Source of the DNA: Flavobacteriales bacterium
GTDB taxonomy: Bacteria; Bacteroidota; Bacteroidia; Flavobacteriales_D; Crocinitomicaceae
Assembly: GCA_003331365.1 (NCBI GenBank)
Contig: QOQC01000001.1
Location: 1-53,201 of the forward strand
DNA length: 53,201 bases
Reading direction: 5' to 3'
In this document: piece by piece, positions 29,348 to 37,634 of the stretch
Layout of the letters: each line of letters begins with the position of its first letter
Numbering within the stretch: the stretch's first letter is position 1
Position numbers and translations under genes: made by a program
Notes under the pieces: model-generated
Told to the model about the DNA's origin: nothing
The model's database searches: none
What the model saw: the letters and a program-made list of their open reading frames with translations, nothing else

Positions 29348-29515
29348 AAATTAAAATTTAATTAATACTGATTTAGCAACAACAAGATATGAAAAAGCAA
29401 TTCAAAACAGAAACTTTATGGTGCCTTAAACGCACTACAAGGTTTTAGTGTTAATAAATAGAATATGAAACTTTAATTAAAATCGCTTAATTTAAGGCTC
29501 GTCTACCCCATTAAA

Positions 29516-30547
29516 ATGAATCAGAAAATTACGCTCAAACAAATTGCAAAAGAATTGGATGTCTCCATCTCCACAGTTTCCAAAGCGCTTAAGGACAGCA
29601 AAGAAATTGGCGAGGAAACCAAAAAGAAAATACAGGCATTTGCAAAATACTACAAGTACAGACCCAACCCTCTAGCTGTTAGTTTAAAAAACAATACTGC
29701 CAAAATTATTGGTGTCATCATTCCCGAAATTGTCCATCATTTTTTTGCTGAAGTAATTAATGGGGTTGAAAAAACCGCTTCAGAAAATGGCTACACTGTG
29801 ATTATCACCTCATCAAATGAGCAATTTGAAAAAGAAGTTGCAAACATAAGTTCCCTATCGGATAGTTTAATTGACGGTTTTATTATTTCTGTTTCCAAAG
29901 GAACTTTAAAAGAAAAGAATTATGAACATATTTCTGACACTATTGAATTAGGCATCCCCGTGGTTCTCTTCGATAGAACGATCGATGATATCGAGTGTGA
30001 TAAAGTCATGGTGAACGATAGGCTTGGCGCTTATGAAGGGACATCTAAACTTATCAATAAAGGAAGAAGAAAAATAATATTAATTACGACCGAAGACTAT
30101 ATCAGCATTGGTAATGAGAGAACCCAAGGCTATATTGAGGCACACGATGAAGCCAATATAAATTACCAACAAGATTTGATCATTAAGTGTCAAGAAAAAG
30201 GTTCCCGGGAAAAGAACTTGAGTTCATTGGAAAAAAATTTAGAAAAATCATTAACACTAAATTCTGACATTGACGGCATAATTGCTGTAAACGAATCATA
30301 TGCGGCAGTAGCTTTAAAAGTTCTTGGAAAATTAAATATTAAGGTCCCTGAAAATGTCTCTTTAATTTGTTTTTCTGATGGAGTAATATCTCAATTTTCC
30401 ACACCACCAATTAGTGCCCTAAGTCAGCACGGAGAGCTCATGGGAAGGAAGGCTGCCAATCTTCTTATTGAACGTCTTAAAAACCCTGAAAGAGATTTCC
30501 AAACTGACGTTATCGAATGTACCTTGATTGATAGAAATTCAATTTGA
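29516..30547 (+). CDS. LacI-family transcriptional regulator
   Basis: The N-terminal HTH is ITLKQIAKELDVSISTVSKALKD...YRPN. A periplasmic-binding-protein-like sugar-sensor domain follows. It is divergent from the glucan operon. Confidence 0.9.
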   Translation: MNQKITLKQIAKELDVSISTVSKALKDSKEIGEETKKKIQAFAKYYKYRPNPLAVSLKNNTAKIIGVIIPEIVHHFFAEVINGVEKTASENGYTVIITSSNEQFEKEVANISSLSDSLIDGFIISVSKGTLKEKNYEHISDTIELGIPVVLFDRTIDDIECDKVMVNDRLGAYEGTSKLINKGRRKIILITTEDYISIGNERTQGYIEAHDEANINYQQDLIIKCQEKGSREKNLSSLEKNLEKSLTLNSDIDGIIAVNESYAAVALKVLGKLNIKVPENVSLICFSDGVISQFSTPPISALSQHGELMGRKAANLLIERLKNPERDFQTDVIECTLIDRNSI

Positions 30548-30671
30548 ATGGAATAATAACCAGCAACTAATTGGTAATGGAATCATTTAATATTGTGAAT
30601 CTAGGGTATAAATCCTCTTTTTTCACTTTCATATACATACTAAAAAATGTATCTTTCAAACCCATTAAAAG

Positions 30672-32528
30672 ATGAAGAAAATGGAACATGAAACAATACA
30701 TGCTTACCTAAAGGATGTCATCAAAAATATGCCTGATGATTGGTTGAATTTAACGACTCATCGTATTGATCTTTATGATGAGGCTCAAGCAAAATATCAA
30801 TATTTAAAAGAATTCAAGAGCTTATTCGATTTAGGAATTTCAGATACAAAATCATTGAACGCATTACCAACAGCTTTTGACTATATTCGATTGGGGCACC
30901 CTTTATCCTGTGTTTTAGAATGGATGATTGCATCCCTCTACAATGTTCCACCTAGTCATGTCATTAGTTTTGATTCAAAATCAATGCCCCTTCTTTCGAT
31001 TTTAAGAAGAAATGCATTATTGAATAAAAAGACAAGGATTCTATATAATGAGTCAAACCGTGGATGGTCTTTACCAACGGAAATATTAACTCAGATATAT
31101 GGTTACAAATTTACCTTGCAAAGCATTCAAGAAAACGAGACCGCTCCGAATTTTAATGGAAGCACCATTGTTATTTCGAATCAAGAAAATCTATCTGATT
31201 TTAATTTACATGACGATTATGACTTTATCATCAACTTTCACGAAAGCTTGGGAAGTATCGTTTTAGTAAATGGTAAACAGAATGACGAATATGTTTCGGA
31301 AATTCAACATGTAAGAAGACGAGAAACAATTGCCATGACCCCAGCTAATTCGTTAGCCGCAATCAATAATACAATTAATGGTAGTCCAGTCAAAATTAAC
31401 AATTCAGAAATTGAAAAAAATAAAAATAAGGTAATTGAAGAAATCCAGCAGATTACCAAAACAAGTGGAAAGCCACTTGTAGCCTCTAGTGGCTTATCCA
31501 TTCAATATGCCATCCTAATGGGACTTATTCATGAAGCAAAAGCAACATTGGGTGCTAAAAAAATTCAAATTATTGTACCAACAAATTGTTATGGGGGAAC
31601 GAATGATCAGGCTCGTCGAGTTGCTACGGTTATTGATGGTGTTGAAATTACAGATCTACATGTAGATGGAGAAAGTGATATGGTATACAGTATTGATCAA
31701 GTTTTAGAACAAGTCGCAAAAGATGATGCCGTTCCATATATCATCGCGGAAATACCAACCAATCCCAGGGTAGAAGTGCCCAATTTGTTAGCGCTCAAAA
31801 AAGTACTAGGCAAAAAGAGGTTGACTGGGTCAGGTGCAGAAGCAATTGAACCTGTATTTATCTTGGACCAAACATTTTGTCCAAATATTCACTTTCTAGG
31901 TCAAAGTGAAATTCTATCTGAAATCAAAGCGATATCCTATGTAAGTGGGTCAAAATTTCCAAGTGGAGGAAAATGTACCGCCGGTTATTGTGTGGCTAAC
32001 GAAAAAGCAGAAGGATTAATGGAAAATATAGGGCTTCACCTTTCTATTCAGGATAATGAAGCTACTCCTCTTCAGTATGAAATATTAGCGAAGCAGCTAC
32101 CCTCGATGAATGAACGAATTAAAAAAGCCTATATAAATACCAGAACGTTCGTAAACTTCATTGAAAAAACTTTACCTGAAGCAAAAATTAATTTTGTTTC
32201 TGAAGTATTGGCCAAACAAGGCTTTACACCTTCTGTATTTTCATTAGACCTTCCAGCGAAAGGAAGTACGGATGAAGAAAAAGAATTATATAAAAGGGAT
32301 TTAAACCTCAAGCTCATCAATCTTATGATTGAAAATATCCCTGAAGAAAGTAAGCATTGTGTTAGCTATGGGCAGCTCAAAGGTTGTTACTGGACTATTC
32401 CAGCCACCTCCACTCAAGGAACAACAAAAGAAGGGGATAAAGACTATATTGCCCGTGTTGCTTTATCACCAAAAATAAACCTTGAACGACACAAAGAAGT
32501 ATTTTTAGATTTTGTTAAAGGTCTATAA
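30672..32528 (+). CDS. Diverged Cys/Met-metabolism-type (fold-type I) PLP-dependent enzyme with an N-terminal degenerate duplicate domain
   Basis: 618 aa. The C-terminal ~360 aa align by eye to cystathionine synthase/lyase-type enzymes: ASSGLSIQYA, CYGGT, AEIPTNP, LDQTFCPN, VSGSKFPSGG (Schiff-base Lys) and VSYGQLKG. The N-terminal ~250 aa carry YIRLGHPLSCVLEWMIASL and a lysine-less copy of the fold. Confidence 0.5.
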   Translation: MKKMEHETIHAYLKDVIKNMPDDWLNLTTHRIDLYDEAQAKYQYLKEFKSLFDLGISDTKSLNALPTAFDYIRLGHPLSCVLEWMIASLYNVPPSHVISFDSKSMPLLSILRRNALLNKKTRILYNESNRGWSLPTEILTQIYGYKFTLQSIQENETAPNFNGSTIVISNQENLSDFNLHDDYDFIINFHESLGSIVLVNGKQNDEYVSEIQHVRRRETIAMTPANSLAAINNTINGSPVKINNSEIEKNKNKVIEEIQQITKTSGKPLVASSGLSIQYAILMGLIHEAKATLGAKKIQIIVPTNCYGGTNDQARRVATVIDGVEITDLHVDGESDMVYSIDQVLEQVAKDDAVPYIIAEIPTNPRVEVPNLLALKKVLGKKRLTGSGAEAIEPVFILDQTFCPNIHFLGQSEILSEIKAISYVSGSKFPSGGKCTAGYCVANEKAEGLMENIGLHLSIQDNEATPLQYEILAKQLPSMNERIKKAYINTRTFVNFIEKTLPEAKINFVSEVLAKQGFTPSVFSLDLPAKGSTDEEKELYKRDLNLKLINLMIENIPEESKHCVSYGQLKGCYWTIPATSTQGTTKEGDKDYIARVALSPKINLERHKEVFLDFVKGL

Positions 32529-32587
32529 AATTCAATTCTTAGAATTATTTTATTCTTTTCAATAGTAAAAAGTTATATTAAAAAAAA

Positions 32588-32609
32588 AAAGGGCGCAAAT
32601 GCGCCCTTT
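32588..32609. terminator. Bidirectional intrinsic terminator
   Basis: An A10 run precedes the gggcgc / aaat / gcgccc hairpin, and ttta follows it. It lies between the convergent PLP-enzyme and Trx-T9SS genes. Confidence 0.8.
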
Positions 32610-32632
32610 AAGTTTTTATAAATATTGCTTTC

Positions 32633-34144
32633 TTATTTGATTACAACATTTGAATTTGTAGTTAATCCATTAGCTTTAATGGAAACCACGTATGTTCCTT
32701 TCGCAAATCCTTCTGTAGAGAAAGAAATAACTTGAGTTCCGTTTGCTCCTGAAGCAACTTGAGTACCCAAAACTCTTCCTTGAAGATCCATGATTGAGAT
32801 ATAGGTATCAGAAGTATTTTCAAAAGATATATTTACAACATCCGTAGCTGGGTTTGGATAAACCTCAACATTTTGAGCTGTCAAATCTTCTAAAGAAGCT
32901 GATAGGTTTTTAACCAAACCTAAATCTGAACCTCCAAAGTCAGCAGCAGTCATTGATAGAATGGTTGAACCATTATTATCAGAAACGCTCCACGAACCGT
33001 CAGTTCCTCCCCATTGAGATGCTCCAATTCCATCACCATAGTAATCATATACGGTAAATGTGTAACAATCTACAGCAGGTAGTGAGATAGGCCATGAATA
33101 AGCTGTGTTATTCGTTAAAGCATTTGTAGGATCCGCAGGAGGGGGGAAATTTCCAGTGTTGAAGTTTCCGGCAACATTTTCGTTTCCTTCCGACCAAATA
33201 ACATCTCCATTTGAATTTGTCAACTCCATATAAGACTCATCAGCATAATCGTCTGTCAAAAACTCGACTGTAATTGAGCTATTCGTTTCTTCAGCTGTGC
33301 CAATAGTTTGAGACAATGAATTATTCGAAGCATCATCATCTGCTGAAGTAATTTCAATTGTATAAGTTGTAGTAGTTGACGGAGTAACTGTTCCAATAGC
33401 CACATTTTCCATTTCATAAGTAGCTAGGTTTCCTGACCAGTTATAAGAAAGAACAGAAGTTCCTCCATCCATAACTTCAATTGTAGCAGATGTCAAAGCT
33501 TGGTTACCCATGTTTTGAAGATCTACACTCATTGAAACTGGAGTTCCACATGAAACTGTTTCACCGGTATATCCCAATAAAGCTCCATTCACATCTCCAC
33601 TTGCAGAAGGACAAGCAGCGGCCCCGCTATAATGAGCAGTGGCAGATAGCTGACCTGATTCATTTATGATTCTGTTTGGACAGATAGTATAAATTATTGG
33701 CCAGTACGGCAACTGGTACAACTGAGCAATGTTATCGTCATCACAGATTGGGAATTGTGTACCTGTAATCCAATCACCTTGAGTATTTGAACCTGTACCT
33801 TCTAAATCCGCTTGAGTAGTAGACGCATCTCCTTCAAACCACAATACCACAACATCATCAGTTGTATTAGCAGAAACTCCAGGAGCACCTGCAGGACCAT
33901 GATTTGCCCAAAGATCTTCTAAGGCACCTCCTTGGTGGTAGCTCCAACATGGTGGGCACCAAGTTGCACTGATATCCATAATCACAGTGTAACCTTGATC
34001 TAGGTAATCATATAGATTGTGTGAGTTCCCGTTGATATCTACAGTAGTAAAATCAGGGGCAATACTTCCATCTGGAAGCTGTGCAATTGAATTGCTCGCA
34101 AATAATGTTGAACAAAGAATTGCTGATAGTAGAATTTTTTTCAT
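32633..34144 (-). CDS. Secreted thioredoxin-fold (TlpA/redoxin-like, WCPPC) multidomain protein with T9SS sorting domain
   Basis: 503 aa with a signal peptide. APDFTTVDINGNSHNLYDYLDQGYTVIMDISATWCPPCW. The middle section has CARDB-like and YGDG-containing beta domains. The C-terminus is EVYPNPATDVVNISF...GTYVVSI. Confidence 0.7.
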   Translation of the reverse strand: MKKILLSAILCSTLFASNSIAQLPDGSIAPDFTTVDINGNSHNLYDYLDQGYTVIMDISATWCPPCWSYHQGGALEDLWANHGPAGAPGVSANTTDDVVVLWFEGDASTTQADLEGTGSNTQGDWITGTQFPICDDDNIAQLYQLPYWPIIYTICPNRIINESGQLSATAHYSGAAACPSASGDVNGALLGYTGETVSCGTPVSMSVDLQNMGNQALTSATIEVMDGGTSVLSYNWSGNLATYEMENVAIGTVTPSTTTTYTIEITSADDDASNNSLSQTIGTAEETNSSITVEFLTDDYADESYMELTNSNGDVIWSEGNENVAGNFNTGNFPPPADPTNALTNNTAYSWPISLPAVDCYTFTVYDYYGDGIGASQWGGTDGSWSVSDNNGSTILSMTAADFGGSDLGLVKNLSASLEDLTAQNVEVYPNPATDVVNISFENTSDTYISIMDLQGRVLGTQVASGANGTQVISFSTEGFAKGTYVVSIKANGLTTNSNVVIK

Positions 34145-34213
34145 TGTTTATTTTTTTTAGTGAGGTAAATTTATAACATTAATATGACTTTACGAAACGA
34201 TTAACACAAATTT

Positions 34214-34906
34214 ATGCAAGCACAAATTATTATATTCTCTGGGGCGGGAATGAGTGCGGAAAGTGGTATAAAGACCTTTCGAGACTCTAATGGTTTGTGG
34301 GAGGATTATAACATTCAAGAGGTGGCTACCCCAGAAGCCTGGAAACACAATTCAGATTTGGTGACTGATTTTTACAACCAACGGAGAAAACAAATAATCA
34401 ATTCCAAACCAAATCAAGCACATTTTGCTATCGCCGAATTGGAAAAGAAAGCTGAAGTTCGAATCATTACTCAAAATATTGATGACCTTCATGAAAGAGC
34501 GGGATCGAAAAATGTATTGCATTTACATGGCAATATTCGATATGCAAAATCATCGGGGCCAAATCAAGAAAAAGAATATTATCCAATCGAAGGCTGGAAA
34601 CTTTCTAAAAATGATAAGTGCCCTGAAGGTTATCGCCTGCGACCTCATGTTGTTTGGTTTGGGGAGAAGGTACCAATGATGGAAAGGGCAATTGATGAAA
34701 TGAAGAGTGCAACACACTTCATTGTTATTGGATCTTCACTTCAGGTTTACCCTGCCGCGAATCTTTTATCCTTCTGTCCTACAAATGCGGAAAAGTGGAT
34801 TATTGATCCAAAAGCAGATGAATTTAACTATGGAAACGGATTTCGTTTAATAAATCAAAAAGCAGTTGATGGTATTCAATCCTTAATGAGTGAACTTAAA
34901 CTTTAG
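34214..34906 (+). CDS. cobB: SIR2-family NAD-dependent protein deacylase
   Basis: 230 aa. GAGMSAESGIKTFR, TQNIDDLHERAG, HLHG, RPHVVWFGE and GSSLQVYPA. Confidence 0.9.
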   Translation: MQAQIIIFSGAGMSAESGIKTFRDSNGLWEDYNIQEVATPEAWKHNSDLVTDFYNQRRKQIINSKPNQAHFAIAELEKKAEVRIITQNIDDLHERAGSKNVLHLHGNIRYAKSSGPNQEKEYYPIEGWKLSKNDKCPEGYRLRPHVVWFGEKVPMMERAIDEMKSATHFIVIGSSLQVYPAANLLSFCPTNAEKWIIDPKADEFNYGNGFRLINQKAVDGIQSLMSELKL

Positions 34907-35681
34907 CCTTTTTTTCCTGCTCTTTGATAAAAAGCTCTATAGCACCTACCATAGAAGGGGCTTTAGGATGTGGCGCCCTGATGTTTGGCTTTAAACCATT
35001 CTTAATAGCTGCAGTAGCTGTTGTTGATCCAAATGTTGCAATCAAGGTTTTGTTTTGTTCAAATTCAGGGAAATTCTTCAAAAGAGATTCTATTCCTCCA
35101 GGACTGAAGAAAACCAAAACATCATAAAAAACATTTTCTAAATCAGAAAGATCAGCTGCTACAGTTCTATATAAAACAGATTTGGTGAATTGTATGTTAT
35201 TTTCAGTGAGTGTGTTTGGGATTACATCTCTTAAGATATCAGTACACGGCAATAGTATGTTTTCAGATTTGTGCTTTTTGAGCACATCGATTAAATCATG
35301 AATATTTTGATTACCAAAAAATATTTTTCTTTTTCTGTAAGCAACAAACTTCTGCAGATAAAGAGCTACTGCCTCAGAAATACAAAAATACTTCATTGAA
35401 TCAGGCACCTCAAACCTAGTGGCTTCTGCCATTCTGAAAAAGTGATCCGCTGCTACTTTTGAGGTTAAAAGAACACCTGTAAAGTCGGCAAGATTTACCC
35501 TTTGCTCTCTAAACTCCTTAGGGCTCACCCCTTCTACTTTAATAAAAGGTCTGAAATCTATAGTTAAACCTTGTCTTTCAGCAAGCGAAAAATAAGGAGA
35601 TCTATTGCTTTGTGGTTTAGGTTGGGAGACTAGTATTGTTTTTATTGCCAAAACTATTTTATTAAATTCTGTATTAATCAA
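34896..35681 (-). CDS. hemD: Uroporphyrinogen-III synthase (HemD-like)
   Basis: 261 aa. ILVSQPKP...YFSLAE...IDFRPFI...LLTSKVAADHFF...VFFSPGGIESL matches Bacteroidota HemD-family proteins as I recall them. It lies next to DUF4271, which is the usual synteny. Confidence 0.7.
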   Translation of the reverse strand: MINTEFNKIVLAIKTILVSQPKPQSNRSPYFSLAERQGLTIDFRPFIKVEGVSPKEFREQRVNLADFTGVLLTSKVAADHFFRMAEATRFEVPDSMKYFCISEAVALYLQKFVAYRKRKIFFGNQNIHDLIDVLKKHKSENILLPCTDILRDVIPNTLTENNIQFTKSVLYRTVAADLSDLENVFYDVLVFFSPGGIESLLKNFPEFEQNKTLIATFGSTTATAAIKNGLKPNIRAPHPKAPSMVGAIELFIKEQEKKAKV

Positions 35682-36457
35682 AATAATTCTCTAAAATACT
35701 TGCCTAAAACGACCAAAGGAAGTATTTCGAGGGTGCAAAGATACAAAATTATATAAAACCAATCGTAATTATTTGATTTGGCATAGATTATCCCTTTTAC
35801 AATTCGGGCAAAAGGAAGTAAAAACAAGACAAAGTATACCAATAATCTAAATATTTCAGCATGCTGCTTATTTAATAAAATCAGTAAGGCTAATAAAAAA
35901 ATAACCAGACCCAAAAAATTCCATATTTGTTGAGTAATAACAGACATGTTTTTTCTCAAATCTGATTCTCCTAACAAAATAGAACTTAAACGAAAGCTAA
36001 GTTGCTGAAAAAGAAAAAATGTAGAAAGCATTAGAAAGCTATTAAACACAAGTTCTTCAAGATTAAAAGACTCATGTAAAACTGCAATTAAGCATACATT
36101 TAATGAGATAAATAAATTCATAAATAAAAGAAAATGTGCAGCTGGAGAAATAATTTCAGAATCACTAAAGGATTCATTATAGAATTTCCTTGACCAAAAA
36201 TCTCTATTTACTATTTTGAAAAGCTGGGGTGACATTAATCTCGATAAACCAATAAAGCCCACACAAACCAATATTAAGACCAATAAGGTGTTTTTTAAAA
36301 CATTTTCCCTTGGATAGAGTTGAATGGCCTGGATTAAAATTATCAATGGATACATACTGAGAAGTAAAATTAAATAGAAATTAAAAACATAAGCCCTGTA
36401 TAATTTGTTAATTTTGCGATCGTAAAAGCTTTTTTTGATGAAAACAGATTTATACAA
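35678..36457 (-). CDS. DUF4271-family polytopic membrane protein
   Basis: 259 aa with 6-7 predicted TM helices. It overlaps hemD by 4 nt. The start is uncertain because it overlaps the divergent ACAD start. Confidence 0.55.
   Translation of the reverse strand: MYKSVFIKKSFYDRKINKLYRAYVFNFYLILLLSMYPLIILIQAIQLYPRENVLKNTLLVLILVCVGFIGLSRLMSPQLFKIVNRDFWSRKFYNESFSDSEIISPAAHFLLFMNLFISLNVCLIAVLHESFNLEELVFNSFLMLSTFFLFQQLSFRLSSILLGESDLRKNMSVITQQIWNFLGLVIFLLALLILLNKQHAEIFRLLVYFVLFLLPFARIVKGIIYAKSNNYDWFYIILYLCTLEILPLVVLGKYFRELF
36409..36416 (+). promoter_or_regulatory. Candidate -7 promoter box (TAnnTTTG) for the acyl-CoA dehydrogenase gene
   Basis: TAATTTTG lies 21 nt upstream of the ATG at 36438, inside the annotated 5' end of the divergent DUF4271 ORF. 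Confidence 0.35.
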
Positions 36458-37631
36458 TCATCCCGATTATTATTTAATGGATGAATTATTATCAGACGAA
36501 CATAAGCTGGTAAGAGATGCCGCAAGGGCATGGGTGAAAAAAGAAGTGTCGCCTATTATAGATGACGCTTATGAAAATGCCGTTTTTCCCAAGCATCTTA
36601 TACCAGGTCTTGGTGAAATTGGCGCCTTTGGTCCATATATTCCAGAAGAATATGGAGGCCCTGGGCTTGATCAAATTTCATATGGACTAATAATGCAAGA
36701 ATTAGAGCGTTGTGATTCAGGTTTACGTTCAACAGCATCAGTGCAATCATCTCTTGTAATGTATCCAATATGGAAATATGGAAGTGAAGAACATAAAAAC
36801 AAATTTCTCCCGAAGTTAGCCTCAGGTGAAATGGTCGGTTGCTTTGGTTTGACTGAGCCCGATTTTGGATCTAATCCAGGAGGCATGATTACCAATTATA
36901 AAGAGGATGGTGACCACGTCATCTTGAATGGTGCAAAAATGTGGATTTCAAATGCCCCATTCGCCGATATTGCAGTGGTTTGGGCAAAAAGTGAAGAAGG
37001 GCGAATTCATGGCTTAATTGTAGAAAGGGGAATGGAGGGCTTCAGTACTCCAGAAATGCACGGAAAATTATCTTTACGTGCATCTGCAACAGGAGAATTA
37101 ATTTTTGATAATGTCCGTGTGCCAAAATCAAATATTTTACCGGGTAGGTCAGGTTTAGGAGCTCCGTTAAGTTGCTTGGACTCTGCACGCTTTGGTATTG
37201 CTTGGGGTGCCCTTGGAGCGGCAATGGATTGTTATGATCAAGCACTGCGCTATTCAAAGGAAAGAACCCAATTCGATGTGCCAATTGGTAGCTTCCAGCT
37301 CATTCAAAAAAAGCTTGCTGAAATGATTACAGAAATCACAAAAGCACAATTACTTACACTACGCTTGGGAGAGTTGCGAAATGAAGGAAAGGCGAGCTCA
37401 GCACAAATTTCAATGGCAAAAAGAAATAATGTAGAAATTGCATTAAACATCGCCAGGGAGGCTCGACAAATTCATGGAGGAATGGGTATTACTAGTGAAT
37501 ATTCTATGATGCGTCATATGGCAAATTTGGAATCGGTTCTCACCTATGAGGGTACGCATGACATACACTTGCTTATCACGGGTATGGACATCACGGGAAT
37601 TCCGTCATTTACTAGAGATATGCCTAAATAG
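36438..37631 (+). CDS. Acyl-CoA dehydrogenase, glutaryl-CoA dehydrogenase-like
   Basis: YGSEEHKNKFLPKLASGEMVGCFGLTEPDFGSNPGGM and LNGAKMWISNAPFADIAVVWAK closely resemble GCDH. The C-terminal motif is YEGTHDIH. Confidence 0.9.
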   Translation: MKTDLYNHPDYYLMDELLSDEHKLVRDAARAWVKKEVSPIIDDAYENAVFPKHLIPGLGEIGAFGPYIPEEYGGPGLDQISYGLIMQELERCDSGLRSTASVQSSLVMYPIWKYGSEEHKNKFLPKLASGEMVGCFGLTEPDFGSNPGGMITNYKEDGDHVILNGAKMWISNAPFADIAVVWAKSEEGRIHGLIVERGMEGFSTPEMHGKLSLRASATGELIFDNVRVPKSNILPGRSGLGAPLSCLDSARFGIAWGALGAAMDCYDQALRYSKERTQFDVPIGSFQLIQKKLAEMITEITKAQLLTLRLGELRNEGKASSAQISMAKRNNVEIALNIAREARQIHGGMGITSEYSMMRHMANLESVLTYEGTHDIHLLITGMDITGIPSFTRDMPK

Positions 37632-37634
37632 TGG

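Noticed and set aside
29472-29481. Perfect 10-bp palindrome TTTAATTAAA, and a 9-nt direct repeat GAAACTTTA (29411-29419 and 29468-29476), in the LacI/glucan-operon divergent region as possible LacI operators.
   Set aside because: The palindrome consists only of A/T in an AT-rich spacer, so it is expected by chance. It lacks the central CG typical of LacI-family operators. I cannot support an operator call without a comparative motif search.
34214-34906. The SIR2-domain protein as a possible anti-phage (SIR2-type NADase) defence gene.
   Set aside because: It is a compact 230-aa protein with the full deacylase motif set. It is a single domain with no fused or adjacent effector or sensor partner (HerA, pAgo, TIR, DSR-like extension). 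It sits among housekeeping genes. It is best read as a CobB-type deacylase.
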